NCBI GenBank assembly: GCA_016748015.1
Contig: JAAOMT010000295.1
Span: forward strand, 930,001 to 994,000
Direction of reading: 5' to 3'
From: Geosiphon pyriformis uo1
Taxonomy: Eukaryota > Fungi > Glomeromycota
DNA: 64,000 nt
How positions within the stretch are numbered: the stretch's first letter is position 1; every line of letters begins with the position of its first letter. Positions 51,164 to 64,000 of this stretch are shown piece after piece. Made by a program: the position numbers and the translations under genes. Under the pieces are notes generated by a model. It saw only the letters and a program-made list of their open reading frames with translations, was not told the DNA's origin and searched no databases.

Positions 51164-51783
51164 TATTACAAATTAAAATAATAAGTTAATGAAGAATAAA
51201 ATAAAAAAAATTATATGATAATAAAAATAATTAAAAAGAAATTCAATTTTAAAAAGCAAATTAAATTGATATAAATTTAATATGTAAAATTAATCTTATA
51301 AATATTTTAATTGCTATTTTTTTTAAAAGATAAAAAGAGAATTTGAAGATAAAAAAATAGTTTATATTGTTAATAAAAGATAATACACTAATATAATACT
51401 ATGTTTTATGTTAATACTCTTAAAATTTAATATTAAGTATTAATTATATTTTTTAGTAATATTTATTAAAAATCTTCAAAATTTATAATTTTAGATAAAT
51501 ATTAATAAGTAATTTTTTATTTACAAATATTTAGATACTTAAAAAAATTAGAAATAAGAAATAATCAGTTTAAAAAAAATTAAATATTTAGAAACAATTT
51601 TATTATTTTAATTTATATATGTTTTATATATTAGAATATGTTTTTTTATAATTGAAAAATATATTATTTATATAACTATTCAAAATAATCAATAATTAGT
51701 TATTAATTACTTTTTAAAAATAAAGTAGCTAATTATATAATATTAGTAATTAATATATATAATAACTAATAAAAACTATAATA
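51164..51783 (-). repeat. Highly decayed solo LTR of the D family
   Basis: Block-by-block match to the reverse complement of the D LTR (e.g. AAAAATAAAGTAGCTAATTATATA); ATAT on both sides. Confidence 0.75.
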
Positions 51784-52310
51784 ATATAAATTAGAAGATT
51801 ATATTAAATCTTCAAGTCAATAATAAAATTATAAATTTTTTGTAGTTCAAAAAGCTTTTTATTACTTGTATTAATAATTTTTATGGTTTTTTTTTGTATT
51901 AAAATATTAAAAAAAATTATATTATCTATAACAATCTTTTTAATTATCTTTAAAATAATTGAAATTACAATAATTTAAATAGTTTTAGAGTTTTAAAATA
52001 ATAGTATTAGTTATAAAAAGTGCAAAAAATCTTAAATTAAAATTATTAAGTATTTTTCAAATTTTTTTTTTAATTTCTTGTAAAGATTTATATTAAATCT
52101 TTTTCTATATATTAATATACTTAATACATAAATTGAACTTTTAATATGCTGGTTTTTTTATGTTTATTATATAATTATATCTAAATATATTGCAAAATCT
52201 TTGGTATTAATATGTAAAAATTTATAAATATAAAACTTATTATATTGTAATATAAATAAAAAAACTTGTATATTAAAAAAGTTTAATAATAAATAAAATT
52301 AAAAATACAA

Positions 52311-52400
52311 TAGATTAAAAAATAAAAGATATATTAGATTAAAAAATAAAAAACACACTAAATTAAAAAATAAAAAACATATTAGATTAAAAGATAAATA
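52311..52400. repeat. ~24-bp tandem repeat, about 4 copies
   Basis: TAGATTAAAAAATAAAA units at 52311, 52335, 52359 and 52383. Confidence 0.65.
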
Positions 52401-53376
52401 ATACAAATTTGTAATTATTTTTATATAAATAAAACAATATAATAAATTAAGATATTTAAACTAATATATTTTTATAATAATTTCGATTATAAGTTTAATT
52501 ATTAAAAAAAAGAGATAATTTTATAATAATTAATAATAATTTAATAAATATTTGTCTTTTTATTATTTTTTATTATAATTTAATAAATTATATTTTAATT
52601 ATTATTATTTTATTAAATTTAAAAACAGCTATTATATATAGCTTTTTTAATAATATTTACTAAAATATTTTGTAATTATCTTTTGATTTTTGTGTTTTAA
52701 ATTAGTATTTTGTAATTATATTATTTAATTTAAAAGTAAATATAAATTTAATAATTTTATAAAATTTTAAAAAAATAAAAGCTTTTTTAAAATCTGTTAC
52801 CAATAATTTTTTAATTATTTAAATTTTTTAAAATATCTTTTTTATAATAACAAGTCAATAATTAATATAAACAACTTTTTAATAGCAAATTCAAATTTTT
52901 TTTAATGTAAAAAAACTATTAATAAAATAATAACAAAAAAAATCTTATATTTATATTATTTTTTAAAATTCAAGTATTTTAACTTTTAATTATAAATTGT
53001 TTAATTTTGATAAATTAAATTAAATTTACAGTTTTAATAAATATTTTTTTATTTTATTTTTCTTAATATTATAATTTATATATACATTTTTTTTAAAATT
53101 ATTTACTTTGCTGTTTTAAAATTTAAGTTATATCAAAAACAAATTATTATTAATATTAATTTTTTAATAATATAAGCTAGTTTTTTTAAAAGTAAAATTT
53201 TAATAACAGACTTTTATTTAACTTATTAAATTTATAAACAATAATATTTTTATATTAAAATAAGTTTTTTTATTTTTTTTATTAAATAAAAATGTTTTTA
53301 TAATTCAAAAATTTATAATATAATACAGTAATAATTTTAGAAAAATAATAATTAATATAATAACAAGTATTATTTT

Positions 53377-53445
53377 ATAATAGCAATAAATACTAGTTTA
53401 TAATAACAATAAATACTAATTCATAATAACAATAAATATTAAATT
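53377..53445. repeat. 23-bp tandem repeat, 3 copies
   Basis: ATAATARCAATAAATAYTA units. Confidence 0.6.
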
Positions 53446-53559
53446 AAAATAGCAAAAAAAAAGTATAATAATATGTTTTTTTGTAGAATTATAAACATAT
53501 TATATAATAGTTTTAATATTAAAGAGAACAATAATTTATTTAACAATTTAATTTTTATT

Positions 53560-56500
53560 ATTATTATTATTAATAAATGCAATCTTATTATTAACTAATA
53601 CAAAAAAACAAACCAAAAATTCCTAACTAGATATAATTTATATGTTTTTTACATACAACTGGTTATTCAAACTAATTAAAACCACACTATATACTTATCT
53701 AAACCAAAATATTATTATTCAAGCCTAAAAAAAACAAGAATTATGAAAACTAAAACTAACTACAAATGTTTTATCAATTCCAAGCAAATAAACCATATTA
53801 TCTGACAACTAAAGTGGCAAAGAACTTAACAGCTCTGAAATTATACCCAAATTACAAACCAAATTACTATGTTCTATATTAATTCTGAACTTAAATTTAA
53901 AAACCCACACTATTGTTCTATATTGTTTAACAAATTTGTGAACAAAATTGACTACTATTAAAACAGTTTTCTTCTTATTTTTAAAAACTACCATTATTTT
54001 TTTACATCAGAACTTCAAAACAAAATTTTTACCAAAAAGTTTATACAAATCAACATCTAACAAACTTGACCAAAGATTCTGAACAACCATTAAAACCAGA
54101 GGCACACTAGTACTTACTAAAGCTTTTTAGCAAAAAACTATCTTTTGTATCATATTCTTATAAAAGCTAATATTACTTAAACATGTGAAAACATTATTAG
54201 AGAATTTTACTTCATTACATATTAAACACAAAACACCAAGATATTTTCAATTGTAAAGTTTTTTTTTAATAGCAACTGATAACTTTCTATACACAGTTTT
54301 TATAAGATATATGCACAAATTTGAAAATGTTTTACTAATAAAACCAATACACATATAAGAATTTAAGTGCCAAACTGACACTATATACAACCAATTTATA
54401 TAAAAAATAAAAAAATCAGTTACTACTACTGCATTAAGACCTATTTTCTAATTAACATAGTTAATAAATCTATAATCATTTCATGCAAAGTGACAAATAT
54501 TATTTGAAATTATTTGACTATTAGTGAATAACAATCTTTTTTTAATGTGATAAGCAAAAAGCAAAAATAAATAAATAACAGCATTCATAAATACATCTGC
54601 CTAATTATTGCCCATATTATCTGAATAGTTCTTAACTTTAACTTACTTAATTAATAATGTTTTTATTCTTAATTAAATTGACAATATGCTTGCATTTTAC
54701 TCAGTAAACATTGTAAAAATCAAGTTGTTTAGAATCTAAATCAGTTGTACATATATCAATTACTACTTAACTATTTGAATATAAAACTACCAAGCAGAAA
54801 AATAACACATATTTTAAAGTTAATGCAACTGCTTACAACTTGGCCATTGTTAATAATACCAAATTCTGAACTTTTATCTCAATATCTCTGTTAATATCTA
54901 AAAAATTTATAGTCATTTTACAAGTTATAGAAAATAGACCCCTATTTTTTAAGAACTTATTTGTATAAACTACACAATTTTCAGCCCAAACTTAATATAA
55001 ATAATTCTGAACAACAAAAAAATTACTTAAATCCAAAATACTAACAAGATTATGAGTTAAAAATGCCTGTAAAAAAACAAAATAGAAACTAAATATGAAC
55101 TTAAAAGCTATATTAAATTATTATAATACAAGATTTTTTGAATTCAATCTTTTCTAATAGTAAAATGTTTTTCAATTTATAACTGTTCTATGTTTATTTA
55201 AAAGTTTATTATTAAAAACCATGCCAAAATGCTTTAAAGAATTGATTATATTATAATAGCAAGAAGTCTCTAAAATTGTTGACATTAAAAATTTGTTAAT
55301 ATGTTGGAAAGCACTAAGTAGATTATTATTTAAAGAAAATCTATTGTCCAAAAAGATCTTTACTAGACTTACAAAAAAATTGTTTACTAAGCTAATTCTT
55401 AGTTTTATCAAAAACTGTAAAGAATTCAAAAAAGCCCATTCCAAAATCTGTAAATTCAAAAAGTTATGCTTAAATAATCTGTTAAAAATGCTAAGAGCAT
55501 TAAAAAAAGTTATAGTTAATGTTATTTTATTTTTGGTCTGCATTTGTTTAAATAACTTTAACTTATACAAAAAAAAATAATATAAAAATTTATTAAGAAA
55601 GTTTCTTGGCAAATTAGCTTTGGCTTTGAACTTTTTTCATATTAAAGCATTTTATTTGTAATACACATTCTTTGAAATGAAACTAAATTGCATCTTATAA
55701 TTAATAATTGGTTGTAAAACAGCTAAAACCAAATAAAAAAACTGCTTATTTAACAAAGTTTTTCTTAAAACCATGTTAGAAAAAAATTTTATATTTGAAT
55801 ATGTTTTAACCAAATTTGAACAAATCTTTAGTTAAGAGAAAGATCTCTAGATACTTATACAGAACATTCTTATGTGTGATTACAATTAATAACCCACTTA
55901 TAAACAAAGAAGTAACTTTAATTTTTTGATTAATTAGAATAGTTACTGTCTTCTTATTATTAATTAAAATGTTATTAAGAAAAAAAAATTCACTAACTAT
56001 ATTCAAAATATACTGTGTAAATATATAACTACTCTCTATTCAAATTGTATCATTAATAAAAGCTCTAGTTATAAAAAATAACATTTTGTCTAAACTGACT
56101 TTAATTCTATTTGATTTGACAATAAACTTGATATTAATACAATATCTACACAAATACTCATTTTTTTTGATTTTACACAAAAAGAAATTGTAAAATATTC
56201 TTTAAAAAAATGATAAAAAAATCTCATCTTGGTTCAAACTATTATGCACTTTATATTTATTTAAAAAACCAAAGTTAATTATTATCTTGTTGAATCTGTT
56301 TTCATGCAAATTTTTAAAAAATTTAATAAACTTTTTATATATTCTTATGTGATCTAAACTTTTTTTCAGATGAATCTATTCAATTAAGTTATATGTCTTA
56401 TATATATTTTATAGAACCAGCCATATTTTTTTGTCTTTTTTCAAAGCATTTTTAACAACAAAACTTACTGCAAAAATAGAATTCTGAGTAGACATGCTTT

Positions 56501-59500
56501 TAAGCACCAAAAAATTTGCACCATATAGTACATTAAATTTGGCATAAATAGAAAAAATATAATCTGATAGTATTTTCAAAAGAATTTTTTTTGTTATTTT
56601 AATCAAAGTTATAGATTTAGTATTTGTTAAAACTTCTTTTCAATTATAAGGCTTTAGAATTATAAAAACTCAAGTTCTCTTTTAAGATAAAAAAATAAGT
56701 TCTAAAACTAAACAATTGTTCAATAAAACCAAAAAACACTCTAAAATTTTATTACTACCATGTCTTTATAATTTATTTAAGATATTAAAGAAACCAACAG
56801 TCTTGTCATTGAGGAGACAGCCAATTATGTGCTTTAGTTTTTCAACACCAATTTTTTTTATTACACTAAAAAACATGTTATTATCAATGTAATTCAGAAG
56901 AGCATACTACCAAGACCAAAAATCAAGTATTATTCCTGGTGCTAAATGTTTTATCATCCAACTTATTATAATATTATTTATCTTATTCTTAATCTTGTTT
57001 GGCTCCAGCACTAATTCATTGCCAATTATCAAATAATTCAGCACTATTTTTCGGAATAACCACTTTAAAACATTTATTATCATATGATCTTTATTTGTGC
57101 AAAAATTTTCTATTTTTTTATTAATAGTATTTCTTATTATCAAAATTTTAGCTGCTTTTAATTCCTAAAATTTTAACATGTAATATCTCTTTTTAATTCC
57201 AAATAAATAACCAAAAAGCTTCTTAGATTTTGTATCTTGTCCAACCAGTAACTAAACCTCTAAAGTTTTATCATAGTTAATTATTGACCAAATTTCCAAA
57301 AAGTGGTTAGTTTTAAAGTTATTTTTTAAAACAAATGTCTTAATAACTTTAGATATTAATAATTCTAACTTAAAAAACTTTGAAAACTGCTTATTTTTTG
57401 ATACATCAAACTTATTGTACCAATTTTTAGAAAAAATTTTCTCTGTTAAATCTATTACTATCTTTTATAAGCAATTTCACATATTATCTAAGACACTTTG
57501 ATTTTTTGCTTCCTAAAATTCATGTTAAACTGAATTTAAACCTAATGTTAAGCACTTTTTAAAACAGATTTACTTCAATTTATTCACATTTTTTATATCA
57601 AATTTCCAATAATTACAATTGGTCTGTTTATATATAGTATTTAAGCAAACATCTAAAAAACTATTTATGCCAAAAGAGATTAATATTACTATGTAATTAG
57701 TATTAAAAAACTCAGTCACATCAAAGACTCTATGGTTAACAACTGCTAATAAGAAATGTTTATTAACAAGAATATAGTCAATGGTTTTCATTGCTCTTTT
57801 TAAATTGCTTTATATTGGCAGCTTGACTATAAGGTCTTTAACAAATAAGTTATATAAACCTAAACTAAAACATTTACTGAAACTAACACTTTTTTTTAAA
57901 CCATCTTTATTAAAATTACCATTTAGCATTATATAGAACTCAGAATTAACTGTTTTAACAATAAATATATTTATTTTATCTGTTTGGCCAAAATGCATAT
58001 TAACTAAAATCTTAGCATATAATTCTAAAATTACAACTAATAAATTATTATTAAACAAAAAATAAATTAACAAAAGATGACCCAAAATTTCTGATACTTT
58101 ATACATATACCAAGCAAATATATTATTAATAATTATTGTTATACTTAAATCCAAATAACCAGAATCTAAACCAGACACAAAAACTTTTAAACCAGAAAAT
58201 TTGTTTTTAATTTAAAATCTGTGTTGTCTTTTCAATTTTGTTTTAATTATAATAGAAATCAAATTGTCTGATTCCTTATATTACTTAACAATGTCTTCCT
58301 GTTTTACCAAATTGTTTATGTTTTTAATATTATATGTAACAATTTTTTAAACAAAACTGGTCATTGAAATAAATAAAATTCCAAGACCAACCCAAATTTG
58401 TCTATTTTAGTTAAGAGGCCCAAAACTATATTTAAAAAACACTTCAATTGGTTTTCCAATTTATAGACCACAAAAAAATCTAAAAAAGCTGTTTTTACTA
58501 TAGTCTTACTACAAATAATTATATCTAAACTTTTACTTATTATTGTATTTGTCTCTTGATTCTATAATAAAAAAGTTACCAATAGCTAATATTTAGAATT
58601 AAGCTGAGAAATTATTGGTCTAAATACATCTAACTTTTTAGTCAGCTTACTAACTTGCTTTACAAAGCTAGCAAAACTGTGCTTAAAAGCAGTCAATCTA
58701 TTATTTAATTTAACTAATACAAGCAAAAAAAAACTTTATCTCTAAAGAAAAACCAAAATCTGCTGAATTATTTTATACAAAAAGAAAAGAAAATAATAAC
58801 TTACCAACAATTTTAGTTCAAAAAACACCACCAAAAAAGACAGAATAGGTAATAAGTGCTAAATGTTTGACATAGATGATAGCAAATTTGCTTTTATCTG
58901 TATTTGAAAAAATTCTATAAAACAAACTGCTAAGAAAAACTTTCTTATCTATAGTACAATCTAATGAAATATGTCCCAAATTTCTATACTTTGTACACTT
59001 GACAGAACTCAAATAAAATTATCATAAATATGTATTTCTTAGTATTAGCATGGTTTCTATAATAGTATCTAAGAATTTAGCAGAATTAAAACAAATGATA
59101 ACACATCTGGTTTAGACATATATAACTAAATAATAATTAATTGCACATGTTTTTTTATTTACTGATCCAATAAAGTTCCAAATATTATGAGTGTTAGTTT
59201 TTATTAGCAGCATATAAAGTATTATCTTATAACAATTTTTTGCATTTCATGTTTTCTTGTTTAAATTGGTTCTAGTAACTTACACAGTATCTTTTTTAAT
59301 CAGAATAGACCATTTTACTGTGACCAAATCAACATAATTAGATTGCTCAAATTTTACTATAGTCTTCTGTCACATTTCTACTAATTGTATCTTAATTAAC
59401 TTAATTAATCCAAACTCAAACAACACAGTGCACACAAATTTAACTAATATTTTAATTGAAATTTTTTTAACCACTACAGTCTAATCTAAACATTTTGCAG

Positions 59501-60200
59501 ATTTTTTAAGATCAGTATTTACCAAAATTTTTGCATCTCTAACTATTTTGGAAGCCTGCACCAAACTTGATTCAGAAGTAAATATTGTTTTAATAATTTC
59601 AGCAAATTTTGAAAAAGTAAATGTCTCTTCAAAACCATTGATTTTGGAAAATAATTTTCTGATTACTATAAATTTATCTTGAAAAAACTTTTTAACAACA
59701 TTAATCAATCTAATATCTAAAGCAAATAATTTTTTAACAGAAACAATAACTAAATTTTTCAAAAGAAAAAGAAAATTTGGCAAAGTATCTAATAAAATAT
59801 TATCATTATTATCACTTAAAAAATTGATTTTATCCAAAGATGTTTCTAGTACTTATTTAGTCTTTACTTATAGACTTTATGGTATTTGGTTAGAGTTTTT
59901 TCATTAAAAATATTCTTTTTACCATAATTAATACTGGTTTTTTTCACTAAGTATTCCTTTTTCATATTAATACTATCAGATTTAGTAATATTACCAGTCA
60001 AAGAGCCTTAAGAATAATCACTTAAAGCTTCAGCAAAAACCATTTTATTATTAATACTGTCTTTTAAGACATTATTTTTCTTCTTTTTCTTAGAAAATAC
60101 TTATTTACTATTGCTATCAGAACCAGAATTTTTGATAAACTTCTTAATAAACTTTTTCATAACAATAATATTAGAACTAACAATAATTTTATAGTCAAGC
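53560..60200 (-). mobile_element. LINE2: uninterrupted, heavily decayed LINE related to LINE1; ends approximate
   Basis: ORF1 ~60160-58361 (CTKYRNLGHISLDC). ORF2 ~58364-53687 with SGLDSGY, NGNFN, TIDYI, AFINDTI and RNaseH remnants. Confidence 0.88.
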
Positions 60201-61967
60201 AAAAAGAATTTGAATTTATTATACTGAATAATTAAAACTTTTATTTAATGAGTGTACTTTTTAAGAGTTTTTTAGGTATAAAAAAAAAAGTTTTAATTTT
60301 TCAACTTAATCTTAACAAGTTAATAATTACAATAATTTAATTTTTTACTTTAATTATTTTTTGGTCTTTATTTTAAATAAATATTCAAAAAAAATTTTAT
60401 TCAAAAAAAAATAAAAAATAATTTTTAATTAAGATTATTTATGTTATTATTAATTAATAAAATTTTATTGTAAAAATTAGAAAAAATATTAAAACTATTA
60501 ATATTTTGTGTTTTTAAATTAAAAAAACACTTTAAGTACATATAAGAATAGCTTTAAAAAAGATTTTATTATTGTAAATAAATTTCAAATCAATCTTTAA
60601 AAAAAGTATATAAATATATATAATAATTAAAAATTAAGAAATAGTTTATATTATAACTTTAAAAAAAAGCTCTTAGTATAAAACCAGTATTATTATGTAA
60701 ATAGAATTGAAAAACTTACAAAAAACTAATTATAATCAAAATAAAATTATTAAAAATTAATATACTAAGAAAAAAAATCGGTAATAATGTGTTAAAAAAA
60801 TAGTTTATTAAATATTAAAATATTAAAATTTTTTTTTTGTTGATTAAAATTAATAAAAATCCAGTTTAATTATTAATTATTTAAATTTTAATTAATATTA
60901 TACTTATAAAAATCTAAAAAACAATAAATAGAATTTTAATGTTTCGAATTTTAAAAAATTCTGTTTTTTTAGTATTTATTACTTACTTAAAAGATTTATT
61001 AATTAGCTTCTTACCAAAAAAAATTTAGTTTTTAACTAAAAGTTTTTTTATTGTTAAAAAAAACTTGATTTTAAGAGTTCTATTCTTAGCTAATTTAATT
61101 TGATAATTAAATATTTAAGTAGTAAAATACATTATGTTATATTATTATTATTATTTTTTTGTTTTTTAATATTCTTGGTTTTTGTGATTTTTTGTAATAA
61201 GAAATTATTTTTTTGTTAGTTAATTTGGATATGTTTAATGTATATACAAATAATTTCTAAAAGATTTAAGTATTTTTGATATAAAATGTAATACTATTAT
61301 ATATTTTTCTAATTTGAATATAATTATTAATATTAAGATAATAGATTTATTATTTTTTATATTTGTTAAATTTTAAATAATTATGCTAACTTTAAAGTTT
61401 ATTTTTAATTTTTATGCTGTTATTGTTTATTTAAATAGTTAGACTATACTAAATATTTGTTTATCTAAGTTAAATCTAATAATATTTAATTTATGCAATT
61501 AATATTAACTAAAAAATATCATATTATAAATCTTATTAAAAAAAAGAGTCTAAGTATTATTTGATTAAAGATTAAAAGTTATTCAAATATTGTGAATAAT
61601 AAAATAACTAATAAGTTAACTAATATTACTGTTTATTCAAATTTTATTTTTTTATTTACATCTGTAAATAATATATAAAAGCTAATAATATAATTGTTTT
61701 TAATAATGCTTAATATTTTATTATATATAATAAGAAGCTGGTTTTAATACTATAATTATAAATAAAGTTTTGCTTAAAAATAATTGTTTAATAAAAAGTA
61801 TTTTTGTGTTTTGTTTATATTGTAAAAAAATTGAATTTTTAAATCATTTTTATTTGTAAAAAAGATTTTGTTATTTATAGTAATTTATTAGAATTATATA
61901 TTAAATTAAAAAATTTATATTAGATCTTTTTTAATCAATATTTTATGTTTAATAATTGTTTTTAATA
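60200..61967. other. Extremely AT-rich tract, unassigned
   Basis: Very low G/C and no ORFs. Confidence 0.55.
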
Positions 61968-61969
61968 TA

Positions 61970-63259
61970 CAGTTTAAAACAAAAAAAATTGGACAAAAAA
62001 ATGTATCTTATAAGATTTGATCTAGTTTAACCAATTTTGGTTAGATTATAACAAAATTAGTTAAAAATGAATGTAAAGGTAAATGGCTATTGGCTTATAT
62101 ATTTTTTTTGTGCATTTTATTAATTTTTTTTTAATTCTTGTGCAAAAATGGCAAGAAATACAACAACAAACAGTATTGTATTTTTGGAACCAAAAAATAT
62201 GAATTGCAGCAGAAATACAGAAGCAAACAAATATATTACGTTCTACTATTTACAATATTCTTAAAAAACTCAAAAAAACTGGGGTGGTAAAGCATGCAGA
62301 TAGAAATGGTCAGCCAAGAAAGATTAAAGAGGTTGCTTTGTGAGTATTACAATCATACATCAAATGGGATTCCTTAATTTTAATGAGAACTTTGACAACA
62401 AAGTTGTCAAAAATAAATGTAAAGATATCCTATAGAACAATTGGGAGGCATTTAGCATTTCTTGATTACAAAAAAGACCTTCCTCGGGCCATCTTAATGC
62501 TTATTGATAAACATAAAAAGAGGCATTTAGAATGAACTTATCAATACTTGAATAACAATTGGAATTGAACTGTTTTTACAGATGAAACAGCCTTTTGTTT
62601 ATTCTGGAACACACTAAAGCATTGATATAGAGGTTTATGGTCCACTTATACCATTCCAAAAGATCAAACAAAAGTTTTTGCTTGGGGTAGTTTCTATAAA
62701 GGAGGAAAGACAAGTTTATTTTGTTTTATTGAAATAATAGATAGTCATTTTTACATAGAAATTTTTTGTACTCACTTGCCTAAAATTAGAAGAATTTTTG
62801 GGTATAGATGACAGTTCTAACAAGACAATAATCTGAAACACAAAAGCAAAGTTTCCCAAATCTTTATAGCTGTTAATATTAATAATATTCTTGACTGGTC
62901 TGTCAATTCACCCAACTTGAACTCTATTGAAAACTTGTAGACTATTGTCAAGAATAAGGTAGAAAAGCAAATGCCTGAAAATTGTGATAGTTAATACAGT
63001 TTATGGAAAAAGAATGGTGAATGATTTCCAGATCTACTCTTATTAAGTTAGTAAGATCAATAAAACAGCATTGTAAAATGATGATTGTGAATAAAAGGAA
63101 AAGAATATTATATTAATTTTTTATTAATTTTTTATTAATTTTTTTTAATAAAATAATGTGCTTTTTATCTTTCTAATGATATATTTTTTGTAAAATTTGG
63201 TCTATTAATTAAAACACAATAATTAGTTTTTTGTGTCTAATTTTTTTTGTCCTACACTG
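61970..63259 (+). mobile_element. Tc1-family DNA transposon (1290 bp)
   Basis: TIRs CAGTTTAAAACAAAAAAAATTGGACA and CAGTGTAGGACAAAAAAAATTAGACA; TA TSD. Confidence 0.93.
62148..63115 (+). pseudogene. Tc1 DD34E transposase, degenerate
   Basis: HTH STIYNILKK..GQPRKI; VFTDET; QDNNLKH; SPNLNSIENL, with 34 residues between D and E. Confidence 0.92.
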
Positions 63260-64000
63260 TATGTATTAAATATTAAAATATATACTATATTAAACAAAAA
63301 TTTTGTATTTAAAAAATAATATTTAGAAGCTTTTTCTGTTTTTAAGAATATTAAAATTACTGTTAATAAAATAGTAAAATTTATATATAATTTAAGAATA
63401 GTTTATTATAAAAAAATTTAATTGATTTAATTTAAATATAAAATATTTATAAAAAAAAGTGAGTTGGTTTTTTGTGATAGCTCTATATATTCTATTTTTT
63501 TTGGTTTGTTATTTTTGTTTTTTAGTAATATTGTAAAAATCTTTAACATTCTAAAGATTTTAGTATTTGATTTGATTTGTATAAGTTTGTTTATTTTTTT
63601 TAAATATTAATAATATTATTAATATTAAAATAAACTTATAGTATTGTTTTAATTAACCCAAGTAACTGGTTATATGTAAACAATATATAATTTATATTTA
63701 GTTTAAATTATTTAATTAAATGTATTATATTAAGCTATATATAAGTTTTACTTGTAAAATAAAATAAAAAAACAATAATTTTGTGTATTTATTAAGTAAA
63801 TAAATAAAATAATTATTATTTAATTTAATATTTATTGGCTATTTATTTATTAATTAATAAGTAGTATTATTATTTTTTTGCTTTAATAAAATATAATTTA
63901 ATTATTATTTAATATAAAATAATATTAAATATTCAAAATTAAATAGAATTTCTATATTTTTTATATATAATTAACTATTTAAGTTAATTAAAACCAAACT

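Larger units (their letters stand above)
51784..53560. other. Extremely AT-rich tract, unassigned
   Basis: Almost no G/C and no ORFs. Confidence 0.6.

Noticed and set aside
52311-53445. Short repeats as a CRISPR array
   Set aside because: They are head-to-tail AT repeats without unique spacers, with no cas genes, in a eukaryotic TE context.
1-64000. Alternative genetic code explaining the many in-frame stops
   Set aside because: All three stop types occur at Q/R/W codons and differ between sisters C and E, alongside frameshifts. This is transition decay.

Overview
This is very AT-rich eukaryotic DNA made almost entirely of decayed, nested transposable elements, with no recognisable host gene or RNA gene. 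The source is most likely a repeat-rich early-diverging fungus; the proteins resemble Glomeromycotina/Geosiphon-type repeat proteins, which is an inference from memory. Resolved structure: an APE-RT-RNaseH LINE (LINE1, minus, ~26630-51100) hosts three Ty3/Gypsy insertions, A (1-26629, minus, runs off the window), D (28277-35907) and E (36710-47149). A is split by a TG..CA/TA-TSD TIR element X (3978-24735). X is split by Gypsy B (5048-24546), and B is split by Gypsy C (13463-23290). E carries a solo LTR (43972-44681). Further right lie a relic solo LTR, a second full-length LINE (LINE2), a Tc1 DD34E transposon and near-pure-AT tracts. The most notable signal is a shared, unusual Gypsy architecture. 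ORF1 (N-extension, Gag, protease, Cys-rich module, dUTPase except in D, RT, RNaseH) appears to enter from the 5' LTR across the PBS and stops four codons after the RNaseH SR motif. Integrase is a separate ORF with its own start, followed by a conserved third ORF of unknown function, a covarying hairpin before the PPT, and 4-bp TSDs. All copies show heavy C>T/G>A decay.
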